A DNA stretch of 23,120 nucleotides from positions 1 through 23,120 of the forward strand of contig CAZLQN010000005.1 in the NCBI GenBank assembly GCA_964561735.1, written 5' to 3'. The notes under the pieces are model-generated. The model was not told the DNA's origin. It saw nothing but the letters and a program-made list of their open reading frames with translations, and searched no databases. Below are positions 22,941-23,120 of the stretch, one piece after another. Positions within the stretch are counted from its first letter, which is position 1; each line of letters begins with the position of its first letter. A program made the translations under genes and the position numbers. Origin of the DNA: Candidatus Hadarchaeota archaeon. Its GTDB lineage: Archaea; Hadarchaeota; Hadarchaeia; Hadarchaeales; Hadarchaeaceae.

Positions 22941-23120
<180 letters not shown>

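Overview
This is an archaeal chromosomal window. Evidence: aRF1 with the NIKS motif, archaeal-type PyrH and ValRS, GGTGA/GGAGGTG Shine-Dalgarno boxes, TATA-box promoters, and a tRNA with a position-37/38 intron. The backbone is G+C-rich, above 50% by eye. Its genes are aRF1 (partial), pyrH, a DUF2116-like Zn-ribbon, valS, a BtpA-family TIM barrel, an MBL-fold hydrolase, a UPRT-like phosphoribosyltransferase with a stand-alone RAM domain, tRNA-Ala(CGC), an ABC-2 exporter pair, a small Zn-ribbon protein, tRNA-Ile(GAU), larE-like, a membrane Lon/S16-like peptidase, copA, hypC-hypD, a flavodiiron protein and a sufC-sufB pair. Three visibly AT-rich islands interrupt it at about 4181-6230, 8128-8950 and 12803-23723 corrected to 12803-13723. 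Main finding: valS only looks truncated or pseudogenised. Its 5' region carries two tiny insertions of 16 nt and 30 nt that contain stop codons. Each folds into a textbook helix-bulge-helix-bulge-helix (BHB) motif. The predicted endonuclease cut sites rejoin the frame exactly at PPPY|PSGEFHMG and FPQG|WDCHGLPTE. These are therefore candidate pre-mRNA BHB mini-introns in an aminoacyl-tRNA synthetase gene. Second finding: a 2.1-kb AT-rich element carrying a LAGLIDADG-like protein and a HAD hydrolase sits inside the 5' end of valS. It duplicates the first 16-17 codons. valS is now driven by element DNA, and the HAD gene is fused in frame to the displaced valS start. A second AT-rich cassette has the same topology at the 5' end of tRNA-Ile (19-nt duplication). 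Third finding: a 14-bp perfect palindrome, TGCACGGCCGTGCA, occurs four times. It brackets a small ORF and overlaps two divergent TATA promoters upstream of the flavodiiron gene. No CRISPR array, rRNA or recognisable integrase/transposase is present.
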